DNA from: Candidatus Saccharibacteria bacterium UBA5150
Lineage (GTDB): Bacteria; Patescibacteriota; Saccharimonadia; Saccharimonadales; UBA4665
DNA: 64,000 nt
Direction of reading: 5' to 3'
Assembly: GCA_002413795.1 (NCBI GenBank)
Contig: DHXS01000009.1
Coordinates: forward strand, 7,820-71,819
Shown here: positions 55,666 through 64,000 of the stretch, piece after piece
Layout: every line of letters begins with the position of its first letter
Numbering within the stretch: position 1 is the stretch's first letter
Notes under the pieces: generated by a model
What the model saw: only the letters and a program-made list of their open reading frames with translations
The model's database searches: none
Told to the model about the DNA's origin: nothing
Position numbers and translations under genes: made by a program

Positions 55666-57345
55666 CTAGGCCGTGTGGTCTTTGTCCTGTTTGATCTTGA
55701 GCGGGTCGGTCTGAGGATGTTCAACCGCCTGGACGATGTTCTTGACCGGATCCTCGATCATTGCCCCGGCGCCACTAGCCCAGCCCGAGGGCTTAGCCTC
55801 GGGCTTGACTGTTGGGGCGTCAGCCGATGTGCCGTAGCTCGAATGAGTCGGGAAGTTGAATTGCGCGGCAGACGCTATAGGGCCGGAATCGTGGAAACCA
55901 CTTCTGGCCGGAGTGTCACCGCCGGGGTTGCCGGCATGGTGAGCAGGTTGTCGGTGAGGATTAGGGCCGGAATCGTGGGGGTGACTTTGCGCGGGTTGGT
56001 CGCCGCCGGGGTTGCCGAGTGTGTGAGCAGGTTGTCGGTGAGGATTAGGGCCGGAGTCGTGGGGAGTGCCGCCTGTGGGGCGAGGGTCGGGCCGCCAGAC
56101 TTTCGGAGCGCTGTGGTGTCCGCCAACCTTGGGGCCTGAATCATGGGGAGTACCGCCCGTGGGGCGATGGTCAGGATGAGGACCGGCATTGGCAGCAGGA
56201 CCAGGTCCGGAATCGTGGCGAGTGCCGCCAGTGGGGCGATGGTCGGGATGAGGGCCGGCATTAGCTTTAGGACCGACGCCGGAATCGTGGGGAGTACCTA
56301 CCGCAGCGGGACGATGATCAGGCTGGGCGCCAGCATTACCCTTAGGGCCAACGCCGGAATCGTGGGGATGACTGACCGCGGGGGTGTCGCCTCCGGGGTT
56401 GCCGAGTGTGTGAGCGGGTTGTCGGTGAGCAATAGGGCCGGAATCGTGAAAAGCGGTGGTGCTGCCACTCGAACCGGTGCCGTTAGAATTGGCTGAGCCG
56501 CCGCCACTGTTAGAGCCACCCAGGTTTATCTTTTCGCCGGGATGGATCAAATTGGGATTCTTAATCTGGGGGTTGAGGGCTTCCAGCTGTGACAGCGACA
56601 TGCCATGCGCCTGGGCTATGGCATACATACTGTCGCCAGAGGCTACCGTGTGAGCCGAGCCGCTGGAAGGTGCAGATGACGGTGAAGATGCAGGTGAAGG
56701 TGCAACTCCAGCCGCGCCTGTCTGCCCGTGCTGTGGAGTACTGACACCAGCGCCCTGCCTTCCTTGATGAGAAGGCGCCGGAGCGACACCACCGGTGTTG
56801 GTTGGTCCCGCTTGGGAAGGTGCCGAGGGAGACACCACCGTTCCCGCACCCGGTACGGGGTTGGCAGTGCTTTCACCCAAGCCGGCTGTCGGGTCGAGAA
56901 AAATCGGTTTGCCGCCATTATCACCCGCGAATTTGGGCCGGTCAGGCTTGGCAACAAACACTTTTCTATCATCGGGATAGATATGCCAGTCGCCGGCGTC
57001 GCCGGCACTGCTGTAACCTTGTACGACCTTATATGCCGCGCCGGGAACATCGCTGGGGCTGGCGGCAACTGGCGCCGGAGCAACTGGCGCTGAAGCATCT
57101 GGGGTTGGAGGTGGAGCCGCGGCAATCGGCGTGTTCTGCATGACGTCCGGGGGAAGCATAGCTGTAGGCCCGGGACTGCCACTCTGCCCAGGGTCGGCTG
57201 AACCGCCGGCGCGTTCGGGCTTCGCCACGAACACCGTTTTACCATCATAAATATGGAAGTCGCCGGGCACGCCTGCGCTGTTGGTGCCGCTCTGCACTTC
57301 GTACTGCTGGCCGCTCCGATCGTTACCTGTGTTATTTATAGGCAT
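55666..57345 (-). CDS. LysM domain protein with His/Pro/Gly-rich tandem repeats
   Basis: HTVASGDSMYAIA...LNPQIKNPNLIHPGEKI; eight HDSG repeats. Confidence 0.85.
   Translation of the reverse strand: MPINNTGNDRSGQQYEVQSGTNSAGVPGDFHIYDGKTVFVAKPERAGGSADPGQSGSPGPTAMLPPDVMQNTPIAAAPPPTPDASAPVAPAPVAASPSDVPGAAYKVVQGYSSAGDAGDWHIYPDDRKVFVAKPDRPKFAGDNGGKPIFLDPTAGLGESTANPVPGAGTVVSPSAPSQAGPTNTGGVAPAPSHQGRQGAGVSTPQHGQTGAAGVAPSPASSPSSAPSSGSAHTVASGDSMYAIAQAHGMSLSQLEALNPQIKNPNLIHPGEKINLGGSNSGGGSANSNGTGSSGSTTAFHDSGPIAHRQPAHTLGNPGGDTPAVSHPHDSGVGPKGNAGAQPDHRPAAVGTPHDSGVGPKANAGPHPDHRPTGGTRHDSGPGPAANAGPHPDHRPTGGTPHDSGPKVGGHHSAPKVWRPDPRPTGGTPHDSGPNPHRQPAHTLGNPGGDQPAQSHPHDSGPNPHRQPAHHAGNPGGDTPARSGFHDSGPIASAAQFNFPTHSSYGTSADAPTVKPEAKPSGWASGAGAMIEDPVKNIVQAVEHPQTDPLKIKQDKDHTA
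55880..56455 (-). repeat. Coding tandem repeat array (about 25-29 aa units)
   Basis: Eight HDSG-anchored units; CCGGAATCGTGG recurs on the + strand. Confidence 0.85.
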
Positions 57346-57434
57346 TTCTAGTTTCCTTATTGTTTGTTTTAAGTTATTTGTTTTTTAACCTATGCGCGAA
57401 TGATAGCATAAGCGTCTTATAAAGTCAATCTGTT

Positions 57435-59342
57435 TTACAGCTGGCCGGCGACCTGCAGCTGGTAGACGTAGCGTTCCAGGCCGCCGAACTCCTCGACATC
57501 GGTCAGATGCCCGTCCTGCAGGACGTAGATTTTGTCCATCAGGCTGAGGAGCGGTACACGGTGTGTCACCAGCAGAACTGTTTTGTCCTGGATGAGCGAG
57601 CCGATCGAGTCATGGATCAGTTTTTCCGATTTGTCGTCAAGCGCCGAGGTCGGCTCGTCCATACAGATAATCGGGGCGTTCTTGAGCAAGGCGCGGGCGA
57701 TCGAAATCCGCTGGCGCTGGCCGCCGCTCAGGCTGGAGCCGCCTTCGCCGGCGATCGACTCCATGCCCATCGGCAGTTTGTCAACGAATTCGGTTATATT
57801 GGCGGCTTGAGATGCCCAGGCGATTTCCTGCTGGGTCATCGCCCGACTGATGTCGCCGTCCTGCATATTTTCATAGATGGAGGTCGCGAATAGCTGGGGG
57901 GACTGGCTTATCCAGGCGATGTTGCGGCGCAGGTCTTGAAGGCTGACGGTCTGGATGTCGTGATCATCGACTAAAATCCGGCCGGCTGTTGGCTCGATAT
58001 AGAGGTCTAACAGGCGCAGCAGCGTGCTCTTGCCCGCCCCGCTCGGCCCGACGATACCGATTTTTTGGCCCGGTTCGATTGTTAGGCTGACCTGGTCGAG
58101 CACGTTAGTGCCCCGGTAAGCGTACGAAACGTTTTGAAACTTTATCCTGCCTTGCACCTGCGGTAAGGCCTTGCCTTCGCGCAGACGCTCAACCCCCTCA
58201 TGGTCGCTCAAAACCTCATAGACCCGTTTAACGTTCACCAGTTTTTGGCGGCGGATCGTAATTTGCGAGGTAATATCCTGGATCGGACCTATAAGATAGC
58301 CCATGTAGGTCATGAAGATCAGCAATTTACCCAGCGAAAATTGACCGTTAAGCGCCGCGGTGCCGCCAAAGTATATAACCATCGAGGTGCCGAGGATTAC
58401 CACCAGACTGTCACTGAACTGGAAAAGCTTGCCCCATAGCAGGCCTTTGCGGGAAATGACATAGGTCTGCTGCCAAAGGTCTTTTAGTTTTTGAACCTGG
58501 CGTTCCTGCAGGGTAAAGGCTTGGACGGCTTCAGTGTTATCGATCGACTCGGCGATTAAAGACGCCGTCTGACTGAATAATTTGACTAGCGCCTGGCCCA
58601 GCCGGCCCAGAATAGGCCCGAAGACGGCAACTGAAAATATCAGGAAAGGAATCACCACCAGCGTGATAATGGTCAGCTTGGCGTTGAGCGTCAGCATAAT
58701 TGCCGTCACGCCAATAATTAATATGACCGAGCCGATAATCTCGGATGTCGAATTGAGCACCAGGTCGGATAAGCTATTGGTGACGTCATTTTGCCGATAA
58801 ATATAGTCGCCCTTGGGCAGGCGCCCTTCGTGATAAAGAGGCAGATGCAGAATGTGCCGAAAAGATTCTTCTTTTATGGAACGGTTCAGCCGATAGCCTA
58901 TCTTCAGCAGTAATAAGTCTTTAAGAACGCCGAAGGCCTGCCCCAGCAAAAAAATCAGCAGGGTCAGCAGAGACACGATCAGGATGAGTGTCGGTGTATG
59001 CGTATAAGCCCGGAGCAGCCCCGGCGCCGGTATGATCCCAAAAACCGAGTCAGCCAGTATTTTAAGAGGCCAGGGCTGGAGCAGGGCTATGGCCGAGGCA
59101 ATGGTGTTGAGGATGACCATCAGGATGATGGCCGGTTTGGCCTGTAGGTAATATTTCTTCAGCCACGCCGTGAAGTCGGTGGTTTTTTGGCGGCGGCCAT
59201 TCTCCAGCATCCAGGCATCGACGGCCTCTTTGACCAACTGTACCGGCCAGCCGGCCCGGTTCAGGCTGTAGGTAATAAAATCGACCGGGACACCCTTGGC
59301 TACCCCTTCTTCAATCGCTTTTTTCAGTCTCTCGTCTTGCAT
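57435..59342 (-). CDS. ABC exporter, fused permease/ATPase
   Basis: TM domain, GPSGAGKS, LSGGQRQR, MDEPTSALD. Confidence 0.93.
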   Translation of the reverse strand: MQDERLKKAIEEGVAKGVPVDFITYSLNRAGWPVQLVKEAVDAWMLENGRRQKTTDFTAWLKKYYLQAKPAIILMVILNTIASAIALLQPWPLKILADSVFGIIPAPGLLRAYTHTPTLILIVSLLTLLIFLLGQAFGVLKDLLLLKIGYRLNRSIKEESFRHILHLPLYHEGRLPKGDYIYRQNDVTNSLSDLVLNSTSEIIGSVILIIGVTAIMLTLNAKLTIITLVVIPFLIFSVAVFGPILGRLGQALVKLFSQTASLIAESIDNTEAVQAFTLQERQVQKLKDLWQQTYVISRKGLLWGKLFQFSDSLVVILGTSMVIYFGGTAALNGQFSLGKLLIFMTYMGYLIGPIQDITSQITIRRQKLVNVKRVYEVLSDHEGVERLREGKALPQVQGRIKFQNVSYAYRGTNVLDQVSLTIEPGQKIGIVGPSGAGKSTLLRLLDLYIEPTAGRILVDDHDIQTVSLQDLRRNIAWISQSPQLFATSIYENMQDGDISRAMTQQEIAWASQAANITEFVDKLPMGMESIAGEGGSSLSGGQRQRISIARALLKNAPIICMDEPTSALDDKSEKLIHDSIGSLIQDKTVLLVTHRVPLLSLMDKIYVLQDGHLTDVEEFGGLERYVYQLQVAGQL

Positions 59343-59393
59343 AAGCTTTTTCTAAGCATAACAGATAGGGTTCGCTATGATAAGGTAAAAGGT

Positions 59394-60473
59394 ATGTTAT
59401 CCATCGCTATCGCCGGTCTGCCCAATGTTGGCAAGTCTACCCTGTTTAATGCCCTGACCGGCAGTAATATTCTGGCGGCCAACTACCCGTTTGCCACCAT
59501 CGAGCCCAATACCGGCGTGGTGCCGGTGCCCGATGAACGGCTGAGCAAGCTGGCCGAGTTATATAAGACCAATAAAATCATTCCCGCTACCGTGACTTTC
59601 TTGGATATCGCCGGGCTGGTGGCCGGCGCCAGCGAGGGCGAGGGGCTGGGCAACCAGTTCCTGAGCCATATCCGGACTACCAACGCCATCGTCCAGGTGG
59701 TGCGGGCCTTTGACGACCCGAACGTAATGCATGTCGACGAAGCCCACGATCCGCGCAAAGACATAGATGTCATAAACACCGAGCTGGTGCTGGCCGACCT
59801 GCAAACCCTGTCAAAACGCCTGCCGCAGTTCGCCAAAGAGGCCCGCGCCAACCCCAAATTGCAGCCCGTTTTAGACGTTTACGAGCAAGTGAACAAGCTT
59901 TTGAACGATGGCCAGCCGCTCTGGAATTACCCTGATATCGACCGTGAAATTATTGCCGACCTGCAATTGCTGACCGTTAAGCCGGTCATCTATTTATTCA
60001 ACCTCGATGAGGCCGGCCTGGCCGACCAAAAGCGCCAACGCGAGCTGGCCGATTTGGTGTCGCCTGCCCGGGCGCTGTTCGTCTGCGCCAAGCTGGAAAG
60101 CGAGCTCAAAGACCTCGATGAGGCCGACGCCGCCGAGCTATTGGCCAGCTACGGCCAGGCCGAATCCGGGTTACTGCAATTGATCCATGCCGCCTACGAC
60201 AGCCTGGGCCTGCAAAGCTACCTGACGGCCGGGCAAAAAGAGGTCCGCGCCTGGACCGTAACCCAAGGCGCCACGGCCCCGCAGGCCGCCGGTGTCATCC
60301 ACGGCGACTTCGAACACGGCTTCATCGCCGCCGAAATAGTTAATTACGACGACTTGCTTGCCGCCGGTTCGCTGGCGGCCGCCCGCAGTGCCGGCAAAGT
60401 CCGCACCGAAGGTAAAAACTACATTATGCAGTCCAACGACGTCGTCGAATTCCGTTTTAACGTTAACAAGTAG
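59394..60473 (+). CDS. ychF: Redox-regulated ATPase YchF
   Basis: GLPNVGKSTLFNAL, ANYPFATIEPN, GEGLGNQFL, APQAAGVIH. Confidence 0.96.
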   Translation: MLSIAIAGLPNVGKSTLFNALTGSNILAANYPFATIEPNTGVVPVPDERLSKLAELYKTNKIIPATVTFLDIAGLVAGASEGEGLGNQFLSHIRTTNAIVQVVRAFDDPNVMHVDEAHDPRKDIDVINTELVLADLQTLSKRLPQFAKEARANPKLQPVLDVYEQVNKLLNDGQPLWNYPDIDREIIADLQLLTVKPVIYLFNLDEAGLADQKRQRELADLVSPARALFVCAKLESELKDLDEADAAELLASYGQAESGLLQLIHAAYDSLGLQSYLTAGQKEVRAWTVTQGATAPQAAGVIHGDFEHGFIAAEIVNYDDLLAAGSLAAARSAGKVRTEGKNYIMQSNDVVEFRFNVNK

Positions 60474-61451
60474 CTAGATTTCGGCAGTCGGGGCCGATAT
60501 TTTCGGCAGGTTCGGATCGGCGACGCGCGGAACGTGCGGGTGGAACGACGGCCGGTTGAATTTACGGTGGCGCAACAGCGTCGGCAGTTTGGAATAGGCT
60601 ACTTTTAGCGGATTGACCTCTAATGAGTGGTCGCTAACGGCCAGAGTGACCATCGGGGTCGGCTGTGGTTTACCGAAAATCTCTTGCATGCCCTCGCTGT
60701 ATATCTCATTCATTTGCGGGCTGGCGGCGCTGGCGGGCGGCAAAGCGGGCGGCAAAGCAGGTGCTACCGGCTGTTGCCAGGCCGTCTGGAGTTGCGCCGG
60801 TTGTAGCGAAGGATGGCTGACGCCGGTTTGGGCCTGGTGCTGGGCTAAAAGGCTCTGGGCAAACAGGTAATCCGACAGTTCGGGGCTGGGCCTTACCGGT
60901 TCGGGCAACGGCGTAGCCGGCTGAATACCGGCCTGCTGGGCCTGCTGTATTTGCTGGACCTGCAATTGGTACTGGCTTTGGGAGATTAAGTAGGTCTGCA
61001 ACTGCTCCTTGATTTTCTCGAGGTGCTGGTTCTGGTCTTCCTGGTGGCTGGTCTGCTTCTTCTTAGCTTCAGCCATGCAGTGCTGGACGTGGCTTATAAC
61101 CTTGCGCAGTCTCTGCTGGTTATAACTGCGCACTACCAGGTTCCTGTTGCCGGTCGCGATACTGATCTGCGCTCCCAACAAACGGTGACTGTAGTCTATT
61201 TCGTTAATCATGTCGAAGCGCAGGTCTTCGACCGTCAGATAGTTCAGCGGTTTCTTATCAACCAATAAAACGCGGACATCTGTCGCCACTAAAAGGGCAA
61301 ATCCGCCCTCGTAAATACCGTTAACGACCTCGTAAATTTCTTCGCCGGGAATAATGATGTTATGGAGTTCGGCCACTTCACGCCGGCCCCAGCCGTTCGG
61401 TTTAAAACCAAGTTTCTTCAACTGTTTATTAACGGATTGCTCAGTAACCAT
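60474..61451 (-). CDS. Bacterial PH-domain protein with Gln/Pro-rich tail
   Basis: LLVATDVRVLLVDK; GGAGG Shine-Dalgarno before ATG 61451. Confidence 0.72.
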   Translation of the reverse strand: MVTEQSVNKQLKKLGFKPNGWGRREVAELHNIIIPGEEIYEVVNGIYEGGFALLVATDVRVLLVDKKPLNYLTVEDLRFDMINEIDYSHRLLGAQISIATGNRNLVVRSYNQQRLRKVISHVQHCMAEAKKKQTSHQEDQNQHLEKIKEQLQTYLISQSQYQLQVQQIQQAQQAGIQPATPLPEPVRPSPELSDYLFAQSLLAQHQAQTGVSHPSLQPAQLQTAWQQPVAPALPPALPPASAASPQMNEIYSEGMQEIFGKPQPTPMVTLAVSDHSLEVNPLKVAYSKLPTLLRHRKFNRPSFHPHVPRVADPNLPKISAPTAEI

Positions 61452-61502
61452 AGCGGACCTCCCGTAGCTACATACATAGTACCCCGCGCCGAAAAAACAA
61501 GT

Positions 61503-61541
61503 CGTGAAAATGTTCACCTCGCAAATGCGATTTTGATCACA
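61503..61541. promoter_or_regulatory. Two CRP-like boxes in the divergent promoter region
   Basis: CGTGA-N6-TCACC and TGCGA-N6-TCACA. Confidence 0.6.
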
Positions 61542-61579
61542 AATTGACATCAAGGCCCAACTCTATCATAATAAACCCT

Positions 61580-62233
61580 ATGTTAGCGACGCTGAAGCAG
61601 ACGGCGGAACTGGTGGAATTTTTCAGACTTCACGGTGTTAAGCAGACCTTCAGAAAAGGCGATTTCATCATTCGTCCGGGTGACGCCCCCCACGGGGTGT
61701 TTTTTATATACGAGGGACTGGTCAAGGCCTACGATATCACCAAATACAACGAAGAAAACCTGCTGATAATCCGCAAGCAGGACGAAATTTTCCCGCTCAT
61801 TTGGGCCATGACCGGCAAAGAGCACCATATCATTTACCAGACACTAGCGCCGACCACCACCTACCGCCTGAGCCGCGAGGCTTTCCTGGATTTTATCAAG
61901 ACCAGCCCCGAAGCCCTGGCGCCACTGCTCGACATGACCATGGAAATGTACCGCCTGCACGGCGAACGCATCCTGACGCTGGAGTACCGCTCGGTGCGGG
62001 AACGCATCATCTCTTTCCTGCTGACCATGTGCCAGCGTTTCGGCGTCCAAACCGAAGACGGCATGCTGATCGAGGTGCCCTTGCGCCACCAGGACATCGC
62101 CAGTTCGGTCAACGCCACCCGCGAGACTACCAGCCGCGAATTATCGGCCCTGGAGCGCAAAGGCCTGCTCAGAAACAAGCAATCTTTAATCTTACTAAAA
62201 GATTTGGACGCCCTGCACAAGCACCTCACCTAA
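61580..62233 (+). CDS. Crp/Fnr family transcriptional regulator
   Basis: cNMP-binding domain plus HTH LRHQDIASSVNATRETTSR. Confidence 0.92.
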   Translation: MLATLKQTAELVEFFRLHGVKQTFRKGDFIIRPGDAPHGVFFIYEGLVKAYDITKYNEENLLIIRKQDEIFPLIWAMTGKEHHIIYQTLAPTTTYRLSREAFLDFIKTSPEALAPLLDMTMEMYRLHGERILTLEYRSVRERIISFLLTMCQRFGVQTEDGMLIEVPLRHQDIASSVNATRETTSRELSALERKGLLRNKQSLILLKDLDALHKHLT

Positions 62234-62244
62234 GCTGGCTTGGC

Positions 62245-62964
62245 TTATGCTTTTCTTAACAGGTAGAAGCGCTCCAGGTTGCCCTTGGCGCCGGCCACCG
62301 CCGAATCAGCCTTATCAACCACTACGAACCGCTTTATTGCCCAGCTTTCAAAGTCTTTAAGGATCTGGCGCCGCATTTTATCGTTCTTGATAACGCCTTT
62401 ATGCTTCAGCCCGGCCTGCTCCGCCTCGAATTGCGGCTTTACCATGGCCACGATCTCGGTCCGCTCCGACACCAGATCGGCCACGTGCGGCAATATGTCG
62501 CGCAGACTTATAAAGGACACGTCTATAACGACTACGTCCGGCTGGCTGCTCAGCGCGTTAAGGTCGCGGATATCGGTTTGCTCGTGCAATTCGATGCCGG
62601 AGTTATTTCGTAAGCTGGGATGCAGCTGGTCGGTACCGGCTTCAACGGCTATCACTTTGCCGGCGCCATGCTGTAGGGCGTAATCCGTGAAGCCGCCGGT
62701 GCTACTGCCGACATCCAGAACCGTTTTGTCTTTAAAATCGAGCTTTAGGGCTTCGGCCACGCTGGCCAGCTTCAGCGCCGCCCGGCTGACGTACCGCTCC
62801 TCGGCCGTCACCTCAATTTTGTCACTTTTGTTTACCGGATAACCGGGTTTACTGATAATTTTGCCCTCAACTTTTACCTCGCCGAGCTTAATATAGCTCT
62901 CGGCCTGGCTGCGCGTGCTCACCAACCCCAGTTCTACAAGCCTTTGATCGAGTCTGGATTTCAT
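62245..62964 (-). CDS. tlyA: TlyA family rRNA 2'-O-methyltransferase
   Basis: S4 domain, YVSRAALKL, DVGSSTGGFTD, DVSFIS, KPQFE, GNLE. Confidence 0.93.
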   Translation of the reverse strand: MKSRLDQRLVELGLVSTRSQAESYIKLGEVKVEGKIISKPGYPVNKSDKIEVTAEERYVSRAALKLASVAEALKLDFKDKTVLDVGSSTGGFTDYALQHGAGKVIAVEAGTDQLHPSLRNNSGIELHEQTDIRDLNALSSQPDVVVIDVSFISLRDILPHVADLVSERTEIVAMVKPQFEAEQAGLKHKGVIKNDKMRRQILKDFESWAIKRFVVVDKADSAVAGAKGNLERFYLLRKA

Positions 62965-63085
62965 TTTCTAAGTCTAGCACGAACTTTTACACATGTTGTG
63001 GATGCATCAACGCCAGTTTGCGTATGTTCCCTGTAAGTACCTGCTTAAAGTGGTGTATAACGTGTGTATATGATACGTTAAGTGC

Positions 63086-63460
63086 ATGACTTTAAGCAAT
63101 GGCCGAAACGGACAAAGTGGTGAGGGAAGTGGGCAAGATAGTCAGGCTGGCGAACACGGCAAGGCCAAAGCCAGGCCGATCAAAAAACGCCGCAGATACG
63201 GGGCCAAAATGACACGGGTCAGTTTAAGCCTCCCTCAAGGCCTGCTGGACATGGCTGATAAAGCGGCCGAGCAGGATTTTACTACCCGCAGTGACATAGT
63301 TCGAATGTCGGTCCTCTGGTATCTGCGGCCGCAAGGGCGGGATCTTGATCAAACGGACCCAGATTACATCTTCAAAACCCTCCAGCACCGCAAGGCCCGC
63401 GTAGGCATTAAGCAAATAATCGAGAACATTGATAAATTCGACGACGTTTACGACGTCTAG
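63086..63460 (+). CDS. Ribbon-helix-helix protein
   Basis: RVSLSLPQGLLDMADKAAEQDFTTRSDIVR. Confidence 0.68.
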   Translation: MTLSNGRNGQSGEGSGQDSQAGEHGKAKARPIKKRRRYGAKMTRVSLSLPQGLLDMADKAAEQDFTTRSDIVRMSVLWYLRPQGRDLDQTDPDYIFKTLQHRKARVGIKQIIENIDKFDDVYDV

Positions 63461-64000
63461 TCTTTGACGCGTTCGCGGTAGGCGCCGGTGGTGGTATCGA
63501 CCGATATAACGTCGCCCTGCTTTATAAAGGCGGGCACTTTAATGGTCAGGCCGGTTTCGAGCGTGGCGTCTTTGGTAATCGACGAGCTGGTGTCGCCTTT
63601 AACGGCATCTTCGGTGTAAGTTACCAGCAGTGGCACGTTCTTGGGCAGCTCGACGCTGATCGGCCGGCCGTTAAACAGCTGCAGCTGGACGCGGTCGCCT
63701 TCTTTTAGGTAGCCGGCACCGTCACCGACCAGGTCGGCCGCAATCTCGAACTGGTTAAAGCTGTCTTCGTTCATAAAGAAAAAATTACTGCCGTCGTTAT
63801 ACAGATATTGGGCGGCCTGGCCGGTAACATCGGCGCTGTCCAGCTGTTCGTTGCCCTTAAACGTCTTCTCCAGCACCTTGCCGCTGAGCAGGCTTTTGAT
63901 GCGGACGTTAACGATCGAGCCGCCGCGGCCCATAACCTTCTGCTTGTAGTCAACCACCTTAAAAGGCTCCCCTTCCCACTGGAAGAGAGTACCTTTCTTA
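63457..64000 (-). CDS. efp: Elongation factor P (5' end outside window)
   Basis: KKGTLF...MGRGGS...QYLY...KGDT...ATLETG...VPAFI...YRER. Confidence 0.95.
   Translation of the reverse strand, partial: KKGTLFQWEGEPFKVVDYKQKVMGRGGSIVNVRIKSLLSGKVLEKTFKGNEQLDSADVTGQAAQYLYNDGSNFFFMNEDSFNQFEIAADLVGDGAGYLKEGDRVQLQLFNGRPISVELPKNVPLLVTYTEDAVKGDTSSSITKDATLETGLTIKVPAFIKQGDVISVDTTTGAYRERVKD

Noticed and set aside
55880..56455. Possible CRISPR array
   Set aside because: The repeats are degenerate, in-frame and coding; there are no unique spacers or cas genes.
1..64000. Stop-codon reassignment (genetic code 25)
   Set aside because: TGA, TAG and TAA all terminate full-length conserved genes such as comM, pilM and ychF.

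Overview
Chromosomal window from a small-genome bacterium, most likely Saccharibacteria (Patescibacteria/CPR). This is inferred from gene content: CPR-typical conserved hypothetical genes, a monoderm-type type IV pilus locus with no PilQ in the window, and TGA used as stop. Housekeeping genes include infC-rpmI-rplT, rpmB, thrS, miaA, nrdR-like, ndk, xer, ychF, tlyA and efp. RNA genes include RNase P RNA, 6S RNA and six tRNAs. A ~17 kb type IV pilus region carries a large surface protein, and there are two type II toxin-antitoxin pairs. The main accessory element is an AT-richer ~9.4 kb island (8528-17956) integrated at the 3' end of tRNA-Pro(GGG) and bounded by a 7-bp TGGTCGG direct repeat. 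The crossover site lies inside the island's large serine recombinase gene. Integrated, the gene ends in tRNA-derived codons (GDRT*); in the predicted excised circle it gains an open 43-codon C-terminal extension stored at the opposite end. The island also has a tyrosine recombinase with an adjacent dif-like site, plus defence-like and cell-wall cargo. Other signals: several unannotated structured sRNA candidates, pervasive leaderless promoters, a recurring GCTTATGC promoter motif at pilus and surface genes, CRP-like boxes beside a Crp-family gene, and a His-rich repeat LysM protein beside an ABC exporter.
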